DNA from: a virus
IMG/VR virus record: IMGVR_UViG_3300017681_000004
Location: 1-39,406 of that record
Reading direction: 5' to 3' (one strand)
Length of the DNA stretch: 39,406 nucleotides
This document shows, piece after piece, positions 31,747-39,406 of the stretch (positions are counted from its first letter, which is position 1; every line of letters begins with the position of its first letter). The notes beneath the pieces are model-generated. The model had not been told where the DNA came from. It searched no databases and saw only the letters and a program-made list of their open reading frames with translations. The position numbers were made by a program, and so were the translations under genes.

Positions 31747-32319
31747 ATGGTGATGATGACGGTGCCGCGGTGCATCGAAGTGGCCCGGGGCGAGCCCGAT
31801 GTGACAAGCCCTGCGTTCCGAAATGCGGTCTCGACCATGCGGGCTCGGATCAAGGCTTCACACGATCCCGGACTGATCGCGGAGGCCGAGGCGATCCTTG
31901 CTTCCCTGCTGGCCCATGGCGAGCCGCAGATGCCGCCCAAGCGCTCGCCGGAGGAGATTGCCGAGGTCAGGCGCGCAGCCGGTCACGAGGCCCGCAGGGC
32001 GGCTTGCAAGGGCGCCCTGCGCCGGAAGCTTGAGGCGGCGCCGCAGGGGTTCGTATCGGTCACGGATCGCAAGCCGGCGGTGTTCGACGCGGCGCTTGAG
32101 ATGATCGAGGACGGCGAGGTGTCGTGCGTCTACCAGACCATGCAGGACGTGTACTCGGGTCCGCTGACGGATGGCGCCAGGCGGCCGGTGCGCCGGATCT
32201 CGATCGCGACGCCGTGGGCTCGCCTGCGCGGGAAAGAGGTCGGCGCCGATATCAAGCTGGACGCCACGCCGTGCCAGTGGATGAGCGCTCGCCGGCAGAA
32301 GCAGGAGGAGGCGATATGA
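31747..32319 (+). CDS. Hypothetical protein, first gene of the rightward early operon (190 aa)
   Basis: AAGGAG RBS 8 nt upstream. No motif recognised. Confidence 0.6.
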   Translation: MVMMTVPRCIEVARGEPDVTSPAFRNAVSTMRARIKASHDPGLIAEAEAILASLLAHGEPQMPPKRSPEEIAEVRRAAGHEARRAACKGALRRKLEAAPQGFVSVTDRKPAVFDAALEMIEDGEVSCVYQTMQDVYSGPLTDGARRPVRRISIATPWARLRGKEVGADIKLDATPCQWMSARRQKQEEAI

Positions 32320-32645
32320 GTGAGGAGTTGCGGGATAAGATCCTAGATGGGCGCCTGCACCTGTGGCCGATATCCGATAAGGCGGATGAGGTCCGGTTGG
32401 GTCAGTCAGAATACGGCGTCGCGCCACCATGGCGGATTGATCCGATAGGCGCGCCGCCGCGGCCAGAGTGGGTGCATTACATCGCCGGCCTGGCACGCGG
32501 CAAATGGCTCGCCGAGAACCATGAGACGCACGACGGATCGTTCAAGGCAAACGAGCGCGCCCGATATCTCGCGACGGTCGCCTGCGATGATCAAGACGCG
32601 GCGTTTGCAGCGTTCTGGCGTGGGCTCATTCGGGAGTACTGGTGA
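32316..32645 (+). CDS. Hypothetical protein (109 aa)
   Basis: MSEELRDKILDG... GGAGG RBS. ATGA overlap with the upstream stop. Confidence 0.55.
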   Translation: MSEELRDKILDGRLHLWPISDKADEVRLGQSEYGVAPPWRIDPIGAPPRPEWVHYIAGLARGKWLAENHETHDGSFKANERARYLATVACDDQDAAFAAFWRGLIREYW

Positions 32646-32866
32646 TGACCGGCCTCGTCGGATCGAACGCCGTCCTGAACCGCCTGCGCGACACGCCGGG
32701 CCTGTTCATCGTCAAGACGCACACCCGTAAGGGCCCCGTGTACCACTACGACCGCACGCTGACCCCGATCCCGCGCGAGGTCTGCGAACGATTGATCGAA
32801 AAGGGCCGCCTCGTGCCGCGTGAGGCGTCGGGGCAGGGTTGGGAACTGGCAGAGGAGTGGAGATGA
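32642..32866 (+). CDS. Hypothetical protein (74 aa)
   Basis: Coupled ORF (ATGA overlaps at both ends). Confidence 0.5.
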   Translation: MMTGLVGSNAVLNRLRDTPGLFIVKTHTRKGPVYHYDRTLTPIPREVCERLIEKGRLVPREASGQGWELAEEWR

Positions 32867-33012
32867 GCACGGCAGGAGTTTGTATAATTACGCTTGTTGT
32901 CCTCCTGATAGCAGGAGGTTTGACGATGTACTCTATCGGCAGAATGCACGGAGCAATGGAGGTACGGCGCGAGTGGAGCGAGCACAGCAGAAATTTGCGG
33001 AGCGTCAAATGA
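32863..33012 (+). CDS. Small single-pass membrane protein (49 aa, below the ORF-track cut-off)
   Basis: Hand translation MSTAGVCIITLVVLLIAGGLTMYSIGRMHGAMEVRREWSEHSRNLRSVK. Low G+C: 45% in 32881-32940. Confidence 0.45.
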   Translation: MSTAGVCIITLVVLLIAGGLTMYSIGRMHGAMEVRREWSEHSRNLRSVK

Positions 33013-33269
33013 CCGCCGAAAACCCGGACCACCTGGACACCCGCCGCTGGCTCGCGAAGACTCGCCGAATATTGACCTTGAACATACAGGCGCAGCGGTG
33101 GTCGGTGCAGGACTTCAAGCTCGCCTGGCTTCTACGCGACCAGTTCACACGCGCCGAACTGCTGGCGATCCTCGAAATCGCCTGCGGGAAACGTTATGAC
33201 AATCGTAAGGGTATTGATAAGTTCTTAGGAATGATGCAGAAGCATATCGACGGTTTGGGAGACCAGTGA
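33009..33269 (+). CDS. Hypothetical protein (86 aa) in a low-G+C island
   Basis: MTAENPDHLDTRRWLAK... is the C-terminal part of listed ORF 32820..33269. ATGA overlap. Confidence 0.5.
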   Translation: MTAENPDHLDTRRWLAKTRRILTLNIQAQRWSVQDFKLAWLLRDQFTRAELLAILEIACGKRYDNRKGIDKFLGMMQKHIDGLGDQ

Positions 33270-34738
33270 TGACACAGGATGAGAAGACGACCGCGCACAC
33301 CGCTACGGCAGGCGACGGGGGCGAGCGCGTCCGGCACGTGAAGACTGGTGGCGAGTACGAGGTTATAGGCGAGGGTCGAATGCAGACCCACGGCTGGGAG
33401 GTGGAAGACACGCGGGATGACGCGGACGGCTGGCCGAACCACGGGCACTACCCCGTCGATATGGAGCCGGTGACGATCTATCGCTCAAGGTCCGATGGTA
33501 GATTGTGGGTTCGTCCAACGGCCGAATTCCGCGACGGGCGCTTTGAGACGATCGCCCAAGCCCCGGCCGTACAAGCCCCTGCGGGGGAGGACTGGCAGGA
33601 CATCAGCACGTGCCCGAAGGATAGCTTCCCACGTCTCGTGTGGCGAGAGGACTACGGGACCTGCGTCGCTTTCGTTGACGTGACCGGGCAGTGGTGGCCG
33701 GTGCCCGCCTTTGAGGAGTTGCCGACGCCGCCTAAGCTCTGGCAGCCGCTCCCCGCCTCGCCTTGGGCAACCACCCCCACAGACGCCCAGCCCAAAGCCG
33801 CCAGGCCCGTGGGGGAGGAGGCGCTGCGGGAAGCGCTTAAAGGCGTGCTGTTTGAGTATGACCGCAACACCTGCGCTCACGAGGAGACGCATCGCGGCGG
33901 GTCACTCTGGACGATCTGCGACCAGTGCGGCCGTAAGTGGGCCGACGACGAAGGCGGGTTTCAGCCTTACGCTGACCCGACAGCCGTAGCTAACGCTCGA
34001 AAAATTGTGTGCGAGCTCGTCACCTCCCATCCCACCACCGGGCAGGAGACCGTGGCGACACCGCGAGACGGTGGGGTCAGGGAGGCGCGCTGGGGCATCG
34101 AGGACACAGGCGACGCCATCTGGGTTGGACCGATGCGTTCGGACGGCCGCAAAATTGATCGCGTTGTCTACTTCAAGGACGATCTCGGCCTGCACCGAAA
34201 GGAATACGTCGCCCAGGTGAAGGCAGATGCTCGCCTGATCGTGGACGGCGTAAACGCCGCCCTCTCCGCACCCGGAAGCGCAGGGCCGGGGGCGCCGCAG
34301 ATCAAGGCTAAGGAGCGTGCTCGCAAGCGAATCCAGGCACTTGGTGCCGCGCTGTCTCGCCGGGACTGGAGCGAGACCGAGAGGGCTTATGAGGCCATCC
34401 GCGACGCCCACGACCGGCCCGACATTTACGATGCGCCGCTACGCGCCACCCCGTCCCCCGCACAAGAGCCCGGCACCGGGGATACGGGGGCCTTGGCGCC
34501 CGCAGTCCGATCCGCGCTGGTGGCTGCTGAGAACGCCCTGAGGCCATTCGCGTCGTTCGGCGATCCTCGGCGCCACTTCCCCGGCGACCACGTCATCACG
34601 CAAGGGTCTGCGCTCGCCAAGCGGCAGTTGCAGATGCGCGACTGCTACGACGCCGCCGACGCAATCGCTTTCGTCAAGGCTGCGCTCACCCCCGCCACGA
34701 CGGCCGAGACCCGCGACCCTGCGGAGGGCGCGCGATGA
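33266..34738 (+). CDS. Multidomain hypothetical protein (DUF1653-like N-terminus, DUF551-like module, Cys-cluster, C-terminal domain), 490 aa
   Basis: RVRHVKTGGEYEVIGEG...PVTIYRS..DGRLWVRPTAEF (DUF1653-like). WQDISTCPKD...LWQPLP (DUF551-like). CAHEETH...CDQCG. Confidence 0.6.
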   Translation: MMTQDEKTTAHTATAGDGGERVRHVKTGGEYEVIGEGRMQTHGWEVEDTRDDADGWPNHGHYPVDMEPVTIYRSRSDGRLWVRPTAEFRDGRFETIAQAPAVQAPAGEDWQDISTCPKDSFPRLVWREDYGTCVAFVDVTGQWWPVPAFEELPTPPKLWQPLPASPWATTPTDAQPKAARPVGEEALREALKGVLFEYDRNTCAHEETHRGGSLWTICDQCGRKWADDEGGFQPYADPTAVANARKIVCELVTSHPTTGQETVATPRDGGVREARWGIEDTGDAIWVGPMRSDGRKIDRVVYFKDDLGLHRKEYVAQVKADARLIVDGVNAALSAPGSAGPGAPQIKAKERARKRIQALGAALSRRDWSETERAYEAIRDAHDRPDIYDAPLRATPSPAQEPGTGDTGALAPAVRSALVAAENALRPFASFGDPRRHFPGDHVITQGSALAKRQLQMRDCYDAADAIAFVKAALTPATTAETRDPAEGAR

Positions 34739-35079
34739 GCGAGACCAAGCACATCGACCCCGCAGCACTCGCCGGCATCACGACCGGCGCGCTGATGACG
34801 GATTTCTCCGCACTCCACGAAGCGGCTGAGCACGTGATGGGGCATCCGATCTGGACGCACCAATTTCCGACGCTGCTTCCGAAGATCGCCGACGCCGTGT
34901 TGGCGCAGTTCCCCGAAATGCCAGTCAGCTTGGATGGCACGACTTGGGAGGAGGCTCGCGACGAGGTTCGGCTTCGCTATGGTGCCACAGTCTCCGTGCG
35001 GAAGGGGGCCGGCGAGGCCGTCCACCCGCTTGATCCTGCGTATTTCCCTGGTCCTGCGGATCGGGAGGACGGACGATGA
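34735..35079 (+). CDS. Hypothetical protein (114 aa)
   Basis: Coupled ORF. No motif recognised. Confidence 0.55.
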   Translation: MSETKHIDPAALAGITTGALMTDFSALHEAAEHVMGHPIWTHQFPTLLPKIADAVLAQFPEMPVSLDGTTWEEARDEVRLRYGATVSVRKGAGEAVHPLDPAYFPGPADREDGR

Positions 35080-35267
35080 GCGCGGAATGCGGCCTCTGCG
35101 AAGTCAGCCTTCGCCAAACCAAGCTGATCGAGACCTGCGACGAGGCGCGGTGCCCCTACCGCAAGCCTGCCGATCCTGCGCGCGCAGTCGGACCAGACGC
35201 CATCCCGCTCAGCGAGATGAGCTACCGGGAGATGGTCGGGTACTACGACGAGGAGGACGAGGCATGA
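35076..35267 (+). CDS. Small Cys-containing acidic protein (63 aa)
   Basis: CGLC...CDEARC pattern. Coupled ORF. Confidence 0.5.
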   Translation: MSAECGLCEVSLRQTKLIETCDEARCPYRKPADPARAVGPDAIPLSEMSYREMVGYYDEEDEA

Positions 35268-35632
35268 CCGCCCCCTCACCTCACACCCACCCCGCAGAGC
35301 GAGAGACCCCGGCCGGCGAGGCGATGCGCGAGGCGGTGGCGCAGTGGCTGGAGTCCGAAGTCGGCCTCTATGTCTCAGATGCCGCCGAGAAAGCCGGTGA
35401 GTTCTGCGGGCCATCCGGCCCCATCGCCCCGGAACTCGCCCGCCTCACGGCTCGCATCGAAGTCGCGGAGGCCAAAGCCGAGAACGCGGACCTCATCGCC
35501 AAAAACGAATGGCTTCGGTCTGAAGGCTTGCTCGCCCGCGCTCGCGCCGCCGAAGCCGCCCTCATCACGCTTCGCGCCGACCACGCCGCAGAGGTGGCGA
35601 GGCTGCGCGACGAACTGAAAGCCGCCCAATGA
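35264..35632 (+). CDS. Hypothetical coiled-coil protein (122 aa)
   Basis: MTAPSPHTHPAERE... is the C-terminal part of listed ORF 34934..35632. ATGA overlap. C-terminal heptad-like region. Confidence 0.5.
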   Translation: MTAPSPHTHPAERETPAGEAMREAVAQWLESEVGLYVSDAAEKAGEFCGPSGPIAPELARLTARIEVAEAKAENADLIAKNEWLRSEGLLARARAAEAALITLRADHAAEVARLRDELKAAQ

Positions 35633-36030
35633 ACGCGCCCCACAAGCAGACCCGCGTCGAGGCAGAGCTAGGACGCGCCATGATGCGAATCGGCGAACTC
35701 GAGGAGGAAATCGCGCGGCTGCAACGTCTCCTCTTGCCGGCAAGAGGAACGCCGCCAGCCTGGCGCCTCACTGCCAAAGAGGAGCGCTTGATGCTCGCGA
35801 TGGAACTCGTATACCCGAGGACTCTGACGGCTGAAAAGGCCCTCGAAATGGTCTGGCCTGACACGTTCCCGGACAAGCGCGTGCTGCACGTGATGGGCGT
35901 AAATATCCGGAAGAAAATCGAGCCACACGGCTGCGGGATCATAACCGTGTGGGGCCGCGGTTACCGAATAGATGAGCGCACGGCGCAGGCGATTCGCGAT
36001 TATGATATAGCCGTTGACACGACTGAGTAG
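35629..36030 (+). CDS. OmpR/PhoB-type winged-helix DNA-binding regulator without receiver domain (133 aa)
   Basis: LTAKEERLMLAMELVYPRTLTAEKALEMVWPD...RVLHVMGVNIRKKIEPHGCGIITVWGRGYRI matches the Trans_reg_C pattern (LT..E..L......L...VW....R.L.V.I..LRKK.....I.TV.G.GY). N-terminal coiled coil. Confidence 0.75.
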   Translation: MNAPHKQTRVEAELGRAMMRIGELEEEIARLQRLLLPARGTPPAWRLTAKEERLMLAMELVYPRTLTAEKALEMVWPDTFPDKRVLHVMGVNIRKKIEPHGCGIITVWGRGYRIDERTAQAIRDYDIAVDTTE

Positions 36031-36042
36031 ACGGGGCATACA
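36014..36042 (+). promoter_or_regulatory. Early-type promoter (TTGACAC box) inside the 3' end of the regulator gene
   Basis: ATAGCCGTTGACAC. TTGACA 36014-36019, 17-nt spacer, CATACA 36037-36042. The leader GGGAGAGACGG-ATG follows. Confidence 0.6.
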
Positions 36043-36084
36043 GGGTTCACGGCCGGCGGGGATCGGGCCGGATGGGAGAGACGG

Positions 36085-36195
36085 ATGAACCAGATAATCG
36101 GAACGTCGGATATCCTGCTGATGGCCTCGCCATCGCTGCTGTTCGTGGTCGGCATGGGGTTTCTGTTCATGCTCGTTCGGAGGGCTGACCGGTGA
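36085..36195 (+). CDS. Small membrane protein (36 aa, below the ORF-track cut-off)
   Basis: Hand translation MNQIIGTSDILLMASPSLLFVVGMGFLFMLVRRADR. Conserved leader upstream. Confidence 0.45.
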   Translation: MNQIIGTSDILLMASPSLLFVVGMGFLFMLVRRADR

Positions 36196-36374
36196 AACAC
36201 ATGCCAGCGCCCGGAACCCTGTACCGCCGCAAGGGTGGCGGTTTCATCACCCTGCACGTCAGCCTGAACGATGAGATCCACGCACGGATTTTGGCCGACC
36301 GATTCGACGTCGGGTATGTGTCTGGCCCGATGAGCGTGGCGGATTTCTGGTCGCTGGTAGACGCCGGGCTCTAA
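36192..36374 (+). CDS. Small hypothetical protein (60 aa, GTG start)
   Basis: GTGA overlap with the upstream stop. An ATG at codon 4 is an alternative start. Confidence 0.45.
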   Translation: MKHMPAPGTLYRRKGGGFITLHVSLNDEIHARILADRFDVGYVSGPMSVADFWSLVDAGL

Positions 36375-36425
36375 CACCCGCTAAACCCCACGGTTGGGAG
36401 CCGTGGGAAACCGACCTGGGGGAGC

Positions 36426-38807
36426 ATGTCACAATCATTCGACGTCGCCGCATTGAGGCGAGACAACCCCCTGTCGGCGCTGGCCGAACAGCGCGGCGTG
36501 AAACTGAAGCGGAATGGGCGCGAGTGGAAATCGTGTTGCCCGTTCCATGCTGAGAAATCCCCCTCATTCACGATCTATCCCGGCGCAGACGGAATCGAGC
36601 GGTTCCGCTGTTTCGGGTGTGATGCGGGCGGCGACGTCATCGAATTTGTCTCGCGTCTCGATGGCGTCCCGTTCGCTGAAGCTTGCCGTCGGCTGGGGTC
36701 GGGCGAGATCTCGACGGCCCGCCCGCGACCGCAGCCGCTACCCGCCGCGCCGGACCCGTACGCAGACTGGCGCGCGACCATGCCACCGGCCGACGCGCCG
36801 CAGATCCTGCCGGGTCAGCGCACGCCGCCGCTGTTCAACCCTAAATCAGACGAGCGGCCCGTCACGACGTACACGCCGACGATGGTGCATCCGTACCGGT
36901 TCCGTGATGGTCGAATTTACGCATACGTTCTGCGCGTGCCGCTCGCCGCCGGCAAGAAAATGACGCCAACCATCGCTTGGTGCGTGAACGAAAAGACCGG
37001 GCAGGCCGGGTGGTGCCACTATAAATTATCGGCGCCGCGCAAGCTGTACGGGATCGACAGGCTGGCCGAGAACCCAGACGCGCCGGTTGTCGTGGTCGAG
37101 GGCGAGAAATGCACTGACGCCCTACAGGCTGCGCTCCCCGACCACGTCGTCGTGTCTTGGAACGGCGGCGGGAAGGCTGCTTGGCAAACTGACTTTTCGC
37201 CTCTTGCCGGCAGAAGTGTGACGATATGGGGCGACCGCGACCCGGAGTTTAACCAAACCCTCCAAGGATGGCGCAGGAGCGGCGGAGAGTGGAAGCCGGG
37301 ACTTCTTGAGCTTATTCCGGTTCGCTGCCGTGTGGCGCGACCTGACGCGATTCAGCGGGCCAAAGGTTGGGATTGTGCGGATGCAATCGCGGAGGGCTGG
37401 ACCGGCGAGCAGATCGTTGCGTGGTTGGATGCGCAGACGGCCGAGCGCGCCGAGGCGCTGATAACGACCGAGCAACAGCAGCCAAGGCCTGAGCCGGAAC
37501 CGGCGCCCGAGCGGCCGAGACCCCGCCAAATCCCCGGAACGAACGTCGTAGCGATAGCCGGCGGAAACGTCCCCGGGACACCCTACGATTGGCGCGCGAA
37601 CCTCAAATTCGACAAGCACGGCAAGCCCGAGAAAAAGAACCCGACGAACTGGTTCCTGTTTCTGCGCCACCACCCGAAGTTCGAGGGCATGTTCGCCCTG
37701 AACACGTTCACGAACACGATTACGGTACGGCGCCGGCCGCCGTGGGACGACCGCGGCGGGGCATGGCAAGAGCGAGGACTGACGGATGACGACCAGATCC
37801 GGTGCGCCTTGGAGCTAGACAGCTATGAGACCGGAGAGTTGCAGGTGTCCCATGAGGGGATGGGTCGAACCATATCGTCTGTCGCCGAGGCACAGCGGTT
37901 CAATCCCGTCGCCGATTACCTGCGCGGCCTGCAATGGGATGGCGTGGATCGCCTTTATGGCGGTGACAAACAAGACGGATGGTTGTGTCATTATTTCGGG
38001 GCCGAACCGCTCACTTATCACCGCACTGTCGGGATGCGATGGCTCATTGCCGGCGCCGCGCGCGCCTTGAGTGACGGCGGCACGGTCGAGAAAGTCGACA
38101 CGATGCTGATCCTTGAGGGGCCGCAGGGGTACTTCAAATCAACTGCGCTTGAGATCCTGGCGACGCTCGACGGACGGCGCATGTACACAGACAGCGTCGA
38201 TTCGTTCCAGGGCAAGGACGCCGCCATGCAGACGAACGGCGTGCTGATCGTGGAGATCGCCGAGCTCGTCGGCATGACCGGCCGGAACGTCGACGCGGTC
38301 AAGAAGTGGATGAGCTCCAAGGTCGACCGCTACCGGCCGCCCTACGGCAAGAACGTGATAGAGGCGCCGCGGCGGTTCATCGTGGCCGCGACGGTCAATC
38401 CGAACGGCCCTGGCTACCTCCACGACGCCACGGGGGCCCGGCGGTTTTGGCCGGTCGCCTGCGGGAGGCCATGCGACCTGACGGCCCTAGAGCGCGACCG
38501 TGACCAGCTATGGGCCGAGGCCGTGCACCGGTTCCTCGCGGGAGAGCAGTGGTGGCTGAAGCCCGACGAAGTGCCCGACGCCGAGTATCAGGCCGGCAAG
38601 AGGTATCACGACGACCCATGGGCGGGCCGGCTGGATTTCCTGATGCAAGGCGCGGCCGAACTGACTTTGCAGGCGTGTTTTGAAGGGATCTCGATGCCGC
38701 TCCACCGGGCGAGCGCCGAGGATAAGCGCCGCGTCGCCGACCACATGAAGGCGCGCGGGTGGGTCACGATCAGAGATGGGAAGGGCGAACGATGGGCGCG
38801 GGGCTGA
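36426..38807 (+). CDS. Bifunctional primase / VirE-family NTPase (CHC2 zinc finger + Toprim + P-loop)
   Basis: CCPFHAEKSPSF...FRCFGCDAGGDVIEFV (zf-CHC2), VVVVEGEKCTD and WGDRD (Toprim), ILEGPQGYFKST Walker A in a VirE-like C-terminal half. Confidence 0.88.
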   Translation: MSQSFDVAALRRDNPLSALAEQRGVKLKRNGREWKSCCPFHAEKSPSFTIYPGADGIERFRCFGCDAGGDVIEFVSRLDGVPFAEACRRLGSGEISTARPRPQPLPAAPDPYADWRATMPPADAPQILPGQRTPPLFNPKSDERPVTTYTPTMVHPYRFRDGRIYAYVLRVPLAAGKKMTPTIAWCVNEKTGQAGWCHYKLSAPRKLYGIDRLAENPDAPVVVVEGEKCTDALQAALPDHVVVSWNGGGKAAWQTDFSPLAGRSVTIWGDRDPEFNQTLQGWRRSGGEWKPGLLELIPVRCRVARPDAIQRAKGWDCADAIAEGWTGEQIVAWLDAQTAERAEALITTEQQQPRPEPEPAPERPRPRQIPGTNVVAIAGGNVPGTPYDWRANLKFDKHGKPEKKNPTNWFLFLRHHPKFEGMFALNTFTNTITVRRRPPWDDRGGAWQERGLTDDDQIRCALELDSYETGELQVSHEGMGRTISSVAEAQRFNPVADYLRGLQWDGVDRLYGGDKQDGWLCHYFGAEPLTYHRTVGMRWLIAGAARALSDGGTVEKVDTMLILEGPQGYFKSTALEILATLDGRRMYTDSVDSFQGKDAAMQTNGVLIVEIAELVGMTGRNVDAVKKWMSSKVDRYRPPYGKNVIEAPRRFIVAATVNPNGPGYLHDATGARRFWPVACGRPCDLTALERDRDQLWAEAVHRFLAGEQWWLKPDEVPDAEYQAGKRYHDDPWAGRLDFLMQGAAELTLQACFEGISMPLHRASAEDKRRVADHMKARGWVTIRDGKGERWARG

Positions 38808-39118
38808 AGGAATTGAGCGACCGGGCGACGCCGGGGCCGTGGGCTGCCGAGAGCGAGAAGTCAGATGGCTCTTACGGATCGGGCGAGGACACGCACGAGG
38901 GGTTCGACACCGCCGTCATCGTGACGGAAGCGGAGATACGATATGGCAAGGCCGGGGTCTTGTTCGAAAGCCATAACAGCACGGTCGGAGCCGTCAGCGA
39001 AGAACACGACGAAGAGTATTTCCGCGCATGGGATGCCGTCTCGGAAGCCAACGCGGCCTTCATCGTTGCCCTCGTCAACGCCTACCGCGCCGGCCGCTTA
39101 GTCGAGCGCGATCCATGA
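38792..39118 (+). CDS. Ead/Ea22-like protein (108 aa)
   Basis: The LSDRATPGPW motif near the N-terminus is characteristic of Ead/Ea22-like phage proteins (from memory). Start overlaps the primase end by 16 nt. Confidence 0.5.
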   Translation: MGAGLKELSDRATPGPWAAESEKSDGSYGSGEDTHEGFDTAVIVTEAEIRYGKAGVLFESHNSTVGAVSEEHDEEYFRAWDAVSEANAAFIVALVNAYRAGRLVERDP

Positions 39119-39354
39119 CCGCGCGCGTCTCGCTAGTCGACCAGATCGCCACCGTCGAGCGCGTCGCCCACGAGATCGCGATGCTTATGAAAGAGCGAGA
39201 TTTCTACGTGAGCTACCCGCAGATGGTCGGCTTTGAGTTGGAAAACCTACAGGCCGCAGTGCGGACGCTGGAATTCATGCGGGCGCACGAACAGACCATC
39301 CGAGACGCTATATCTAGCGCAAGAGCACTTGACGCGGCACAAGTAGAGCCGTAA
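39115..39354 (+). CDS. Hypothetical protein (79 aa); 3' end lies in the terminal repeat
   Basis: MTARVSLVDQIATVERVAHEI... ATGA overlap with the upstream stop. The last 71 nt are duplicated at 1-71. Confidence 0.55.
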   Translation: MTARVSLVDQIATVERVAHEIAMLMKERDFYVSYPQMVGFELENLQAAVRTLEFMRAHEQTIRDAISSARALDAAQVEP

Positions 39355-39406
39355 ATCAGAGGCCACTGGTCTCCCCCAGTCTCCTCGGTCCTCCCAGACC
39401 ACTAGC
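39284..39406. repeat. Terminal direct repeat, right copy (identical to 1-123)
   Basis: Exact 123/123 identity with the left end. Confidence 0.97.

Noticed and set aside
1-39406. Integrase, excisionase, CI-type repressor, DGR reverse transcriptase, DNA methyltransferase
   Set aside because: No ORF shows the corresponding motifs: the R-H-R-Y tyrosine recombinase set, a serine recombinase N-terminus, the YxDD motif, or SAM-binding motifs. Absence cannot be proven without profile searches.

Overview
The window is a complete tailed-phage genome. The first 123 nt are identical, base for base, to the last 123 nt, leaving 39,283 nt of unique sequence. G+C is high: hand counts give about 62-68% in core genes.

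Gene content is short-tailed (podovirus-like). There is no tape measure, tube or sheath. Present are a P22 gp10-like hub candidate, three large ejection or internal virion proteins (one with a lytic-transglycosylase domain), two tailspikes and a tail-collar fibre.

Layout:
- A leftward replication/nuclease operon at 152-2790: Cro-like HTH, SF2 helicase, VRR-NUC, HNH.
- A rightward operon at 2879-5646: YqaJ-type exonuclease, and a low-G+C HNH homing endonuclease.
- One very long leftward late operon at 29143-5643: TerL, portal, fibres, scaffold, N4-gp56-type capsid, hub, ejection proteins, lysis.
- A leftward early block of small genes at 31466-29206.
- A rightward early/replication operon at 31747-39354: OmpR-type winged-helix regulator, and a CHC2-Toprim primase fused to a VirE-type NTPase.

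No integrase, repressor, DNA polymerase, RNA polymerase or canonical small terminase was recognised. Most gene junctions are ATGA or TGATG overlaps.

Most unusual items:
1. An ~840-nt ORF-poor, highly structured segment (24121-24961) sits inside the late operon. It is built from tandem promoter/terminator-bracketed mini-cassettes that could be sRNAs or micro-ORFs.
2. The portal's last codons (DDNPWG-stop) are repeated twice more downstream, with only synonymous differences.
3. A family of six early promoters shares the box CCGTTGAC (five as CCGTTGACAC); five also share a conserved leader, and two sit face to face in a perfect palindrome.
4. The lysis enzyme fuses a lambda-R-like transglycosylase, a peptidoglycan-binding domain and a C-terminal multi-TM anchor.

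All family assignments are from motif recognition by eye; no searches were run.
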